DNA of 64,000 nucleotides from an uncultured bacterium (GTDB lineage Bacteria > Oederibacteriota > PGYV01 > CAWJRG01). Position 1 is the first letter of the stretch. Each line of letters starts with the position of its first letter. Shown piece by piece: positions 59,401-64,000 of this stretch. Below the pieces are notes generated by a model, which had not been told where the DNA came from, made no database searches, and worked only from the letters and a program-made list of their open reading frames with translations. A program made the position numbers and the translations under genes. The stretch spans positions 740,867 through 804,866 of the forward strand of contig CAWJRG010000005.1 of assembly GCA_963845185.1 (NCBI GenBank), written 5' to 3'.

Positions 59401-62199
59401 TTGCCGTGGTCGCAATTGCCGCATCAATGTAAACTGCGCCCGTGTTTCCGTAAGCGTCAATGCGCAGGTCGTTTATTGCGCTGTTTGCCGGCAATGTATT
59501 GCCGGTGCTGTCCTCCAGCGTAAATTGTATGGCGTTTATTGCCGCTACTCCGCCTGCTGTATTCGCGAAGTAAAGCAGCATCGCGCCCGTGTACTGCTGC
59601 CCCATGTTTACAAAAGAAGGCATTATGTTCGTGTGCGTAACAGACACGCTTGTTGCCTGGCTTACAATCTGCGCGGCAGACGTCCTCATTGCGAAAGAAT
59701 CGCCTGATGTTGCCTGCGCGTTTACAGCCGCAAAAGTGCTGTAATCTACTGCGTTGACCGACGAAGGCGCGTTCAGGTTGAGTACCGCATAACTTCCTGC
59801 CGGGGCAGCTGGTATGTTTATAAAAACTCTTAAGGTGGCTGACGACGATAAGGCGAGCACGACAGGTGACGGGAAATTCAGATAAACCTGGCTGCCCGCC
59901 GCGGGTATGGATGAATATGAAATTATGGTGTTGTTTGAGGCGTCAAGTATTGTTATCTGTGCGATCACCGAAGACGGGATAATCGGGTTTGTTAGGTTGT
60001 CTTCCACGTTCAGGGTTATTCCCTGCACGGCTATCTGGTCATAATTGCCTGTATCCGGGTCCGTCAAGGTAAAATCGCAGGCATGCACCCAGGACTGGCC
60101 TTTTGCCACAAAAGCAGGCATCGCGTTTGTATGCGATACGCCAAGATAAGACGGCGGGTTCGGCGTTGCCGTGCTTGTCACGGTCGCTGTAAATGTGGGC
60201 GATACTGTCTGCGTGACAGTGGAAGTCGGCGACCAGGTCGGCGTCCATGTAGCAGTATTTGTCTGTGTCCCTGTCGGCGTCGCAGTGTATGTCGGCGAAT
60301 TTGTCGTTGTGGCTGTAGGCGTCCATGTGGCTGTCCATGTGGGTGTTGCCGTGCACGTGGGTGTCCATGTGGCCGTGGCTGTAGGTGTCGAAGTCCCTGT
60401 GCCTGTCGCTGTGATTGTGTATGTGGGTGTCCATGTGGGTGTAGGCGTGATTGTGGGTGAAATGGTATAAGTGGGCGTGATTGTCCATGTAAACACTATG
60501 TTTGTCGATGTCGGAGTTATTGAAACTATAGGTGTGTCCGTGGCCGTATATGTAGGCGTAATAGTCGGCGTATTGGTTGACGTGCTGGTTGGTGTATAAG
60601 TCAATGTCCATGTTGGCGTATATGTCGGCGTCTGTGAAGGAGTCGCCGTAGGCGTTTTTGTAGTCGTTGCCGAAGGAGTCCATGTGGGTGATGGGGTGTA
60701 TGTCTGCGTCCACGTGGACGTATTTGTCTGCGTCCCTGAAAGTGTTGCAGTCGGTGTAATTGTCGGCGACAATACAGGCGTATTTGTCTGTGTAATTGTG
60801 GCAAGGCAATTATTTGCCGGAATTATTTCCATAGAGATTATATCGGATTTTTTCGCGACGGAAAAATTGTATGACATCGTATAAGCCCCCGGGTACCCGT
60901 AAAAAAATCGTCACCTTCTGCCCATATATGGTCAGAAATGTTGTTTGCTATCCACCTCTGTGCCTGGCCCGGGCCATTGGTAATCGTGCCGGTTTTACCG
61001 TAATAGACAAGCATATTTACAATAGCGCTGGATTGGCGTAAGGTCGTAATCGGATTGCTCGGGTTTGTGGCCAGGGCAGTGTTAAAAGCAGTGGCTGTCG
61101 CGCCTATCGGATTTAATTGGTTCACTCCGAAATAGCTGATTGCTCCAATCTGCATTTGTATGGCCGCGCTTGCGTTGATAACCACATTGTTCGTTCCGCC
61201 TGGCGGGTTCAGCATATACCATATTTCTTCGTCATCGGTGTTCGGGTTGCTCGCTGACGTCACTATCAACGCGGGTGTCATCGCAATGCCTGCGTAAGTA
61301 GCGGATGTGACGCTTGGCGTTCCATAAATATTTACCTGCACCAGCAACAAAGAATTGGTACCGCTGGCTATGGTATGCGAAAAAGTGGCGCTGCTGACTT
61401 GTGCGTTGTCGCTGTCATATGAACTTACGGAATCAAAGCTTATGTTGCAGGAAACAAAGGATACTGTCTGTGTGATTGTCGGAGTTGGTGTCCTGCTTAA
61501 AACCGGCGAAATTGTCGGGGTATTGGTAGGTGACACTACAGGTGAAACTGTAAACGTAGGGGTGGTAGTAGGAGTAGTATTTCCGATTATTGTCTGGGAA
61601 CTTGTGTTTGCCAGGGTACTCGCTGGAAAAGCGCCGCCTTTGATAAAAACAACGCTGGAGCTTGTAAGCTCAAATTGTAATGTCCTTGAATTTGTTGCGG
61701 TAGCCGGTATGTCAACCGAAACATATAAAGAGTTTCCATTGCTCACCTGCTGGCTCAAGCCTGTAACTGACCATGTACCTCCTGAATAAGTGAGCGCAGA
61801 AATAAGTGTAGCAGTTCCTGCGTTAAATGTTCCTCCGGTTGTTTGCAGCCATAACTTCACATTTTGAAAATCAGTCTGGTCAGTCGCAGTTCCAATGTTT
61901 TGCGTTGTAAACGAGGTAAGTGTATCGTTGCCGGTGACGCTTAAAGCTATCTGAAGGACAAGATTATTTGTACTCCCCGCATTATAGTTCGCAGCAGGTA
62001 CGTTTGTGAGTGTTATTGCTGTTACACCGCTGGCAGCGCATAATATTGCAGGGCTAAAAATTATGATTGCAAAAACCAGTGCAAATTTTATCCACCTCCG
62101 CATAGTAAAATATCCTTGTTTGAATGAGGAGTGGATACCCGCCGTAGCCTCTTGGCAGTTGAAGCCTTGGCGAAAGCTGCTGGCGAAGGTGGGTTTCAT
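53468..62199 (-). CDS. Giant (~2,900 aa) secreted repeat protein with Thr-rich linkers and FlgD/CTD-like C-terminus, split by a frameshift at ~60886-60907
   Basis: ORF 60838..62199 carries the signal peptide. ORF 53468..60877 carries 13 repeats and the C-terminal NFPNPFNP...WDGLN...SGVYL...KKVVVLR. Confidence 0.8.
62137..62194. repeat. Palindromic CCGCCGTAGCC...GGCGAAGGYGGG-type element
   Basis: ACCCGCCGTAGCCTCTTGGCAGTTGAAGCCTTGGCGAAAGCTGCTGGCGAAGGTGGGT. Confidence 0.65.
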
Positions 62200-62502
62200 T
62201 TATCCCCTGTTTTCACGCAGATTATTCCCGCCGTGCGTTTCATGGGTTTTTTTTATTTCTTTCAGGATTGTCCTGGTCTTCGATTCCCCGCCTGTATATG
62301 GAGAAGCAAGTTTGAACACAAGCTCGATCTTGTCCATTTCGGTGTTATATACCAGCCCGGCAATGTCGCCCCTGAGTGCATAGACCGGGAATTCTTTGCC
62401 TTTATGTTCTCCCATGCTGATTTTATATGCCCTGCCTGTAAACTCATATCCGCTTGCCAGGAGCTCGCTTAATTTGTCCTTTTTTGTGTCATTTTCAGCC
62501 AT
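62200..62502 (-). CDS. Hypothetical protein, first gene of the giant-protein operon
   Basis: AGGAGG RBS. Its TAA stop directly abuts the next ATG. Confidence 0.75.
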   Translation of the reverse strand: MAENDTKKDKLSELLASGYEFTGRAYKISMGEHKGKEFPVYALRGDIAGLVYNTEMDKIELVFKLASPYTGGESKTRTILKEIKKTHETHGGNNLRENRG

Positions 62503-62719
62503 AATAAGCCTCCTGAAATGTCAAATAGTCAAAAAACGCAAAAATCGTATTTTTGCGTTTTTTGCATTTTTACGCTTTTATGAAATTTACCATATTAACC
62601 GTAAAAATTCAAATTATTTCGGGATTTAATTGAGGTTGGATTAATATTATATTAGATTATACTCGATTATTTTTCAATTGTGGATAACTCACTGGAAATA
62701 CAAAGGAACAACATTCGGG

Positions 62720-63061
62720 TCACGAAAAAAATTTGATTGCGTCTTCAATAGTATCGCAGGATTTTATAAGTTCATCAAATTGCGCAGTTTCATATACATG
62801 CCTCACTCCCCCGCTCATTCCCGTAACAACTATGTCGCCGCCTCCTTTTCTCACCTCTTTTAAATTGCCTATAATCGTTCCCCATCCAGAGCTGCTGACA
62901 AAAGTTGTGTCGGACAAATCAATTATTATCTTAAAAGACTTTTTTTCTATTGTTTTTTTTATCGCGTCTTTTAGCTCGTAGTATGTGTTTGAATCTATCT
63001 GCCCTTCGCACTTGATTATATTAATATCGCCTTTGGTTTCCACACTGACTTTATCGTCCAT
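62720..63061 (-). CDS. STAS anti-anti-sigma factor
   Basis: GQIDS, IIDLSDTTFVSSSGWG and GGDIVV. GGGAG RBS before the ATG at 63061. Confidence 0.9.
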   Translation of the reverse strand: MDDKVSVETKGDINIIKCEGQIDSNTYYELKDAIKKTIEKKSFKIIIDLSDTTFVSSSGWGTIIGNLKEVRKGGGDIVVTGMSGGVRHVYETAQFDELIKSCDTIEDAIKFFS

Positions 63062-63206
63062 ATTCGCTCCCTTTTGCATTTCTTATATATAATTATACTA
63101 TTATATCCTTCACTGTCAACTGTTGAAGTTCGATGTATTGGAAAAATGTGTTCTGCTCTCCATTAACGAGAAAAAGACAGGTGTCTCCATTTATCAAAAA
63201 AAAGGG

Positions 63207-63395
63207 TTATATCCATGCCAGAATATCTTTGATATTCTCCATCTTGCTGTTAATACTGCCCAGCAAGCCGTCTATTTTTTTTATTTCCTCCGGTTTTTCT
63301 GTTTTCATCCGGTTTAAAATATACTGCTCTGTTTCCAAGACAACTTCCAAAGCTTCTCCTAATTTGGTTATTGAACGCGTTGTGTCTTCGTCCAT
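63207..63395 (-). CDS. Small helical hypothetical protein
   Basis: AAGGAGG RBS and an amphipathic helical pattern. Confidence 0.6.
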   Translation of the reverse strand: MDEDTTRSITKLGEALEVVLETEQYILNRMKTEKPEEIKKIDGLLGSINSKMENIKDILAWI

Positions 63396-63435
63396 TTTGC
63401 GCCTCCTTAAAATATCTAGAATTACCTCCGACTTT

Positions 63436-64000
63436 CAGACTGTGTCATAAGTCTCCGTCCACAGCTGATTGCCGTAGGTAAATTAAAAAATCTACAAAAT
63501 ATCCTGTTTTATACAAAAAACCTGCGTGGCCCGATGTTTCTTGCTATCCAAGCTGCGCAATCAACTCCCTGACACCTACAATGCTTATCATTCGAGCCAT
63601 ATTGAAACAACTTGTGAACAACGCCATCTCAGCTCTTGCTCCTTCAAGCCCTCGCAGCAGAAACCCGCTTACTCCAAGATTTCTTTTAATATGTCCGAAC
63701 GGCAACTCTGCTTTCTCTTTTCTCAACTTGAAAATATCCTGCGATTCTTTTGTTTTATATTTTTCTTCAAGCAATATTTTTAGTTCTTCGTTTTTTAGCC
63801 TCTTTATCATTCTGCCCTTCGGAGACCGGGTGCATACTCCAAAGTTTTTACATTCTATACAAGCCTTTTCTTCAGTAGACCTATATACTTCAAGATTCTT
63901 TTTTTTATCAAAACTATGCCATGTCAATATCTGTCCTTCGGGACAAGTGTAGGTATCTTTCTCTGAATCGTATTGGAATTTATCTTTCCCAAACGGCCCC
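63436..64000 (-). mobile_element. IS1182-family insertion sequence, 3' part (transposase CDS 63544..>64000)
   Basis: Open frame from the window edge: FQYDSEKDTYTCPEGQ...CIECKNFGVCT...RKEKAELPFGHIKRNLG...LRGL...E...CFNMAR. Candidate terminal IR TTATGACACAGTCTG at 63450-63436. Confidence 0.88.

Noticed and set aside
62600..62720. oriC at the DnaA box
   Set aside because: Only one box is present and there are no replication genes nearby.

Overview
AT-rich bacterial chromosomal segment from a diderm organism with mostly minus-strand genes. Inference only: Thr/Pro-linker proteins ending in PNPxNP C-terminal domains, plus PorV-like barrels, suggest a Goldbacteria/Firestonebacteria-like candidate lineage. 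Housekeeping blocks are rpmH-rnpA-yidD-yidC-jag-mnmE (with no dnaA beside it), uvrC, uvrB, hup, an Rrf2-cysK-metY-metX-metW operon, truB, and grpE-dnaJ-fixC-fixX-coaX. Accessory content includes four secreted Thr-rich proteins ending in T9SS-CTD/FlgD-like domains, three of which are interrupted by an in-frame TAG or a frameshift. It also includes two PorV-like barrel fusions, a partner-switching module (PP2C/STAS/RsbW) directly downstream of a ~2,900-aa repeat protein, an ECF sigma with a carbohydrate-binding-like anti-sigma, a TMEM260/DUF2723-like glycosyltransferase, and an IS1182-like element at the right edge. The most unusual non-coding signals are a dispersed two-hairpin element (8 copies, one orientation, covarying stems, usually abutting an RBS), a candidate ~75-nt sRNA, a duplicated ECF-type promoter, palindromic inserts read in frame in protein N-termini, and a probable AUU start for rnpA. 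All family calls come from recognising motifs by eye; no searches were run.
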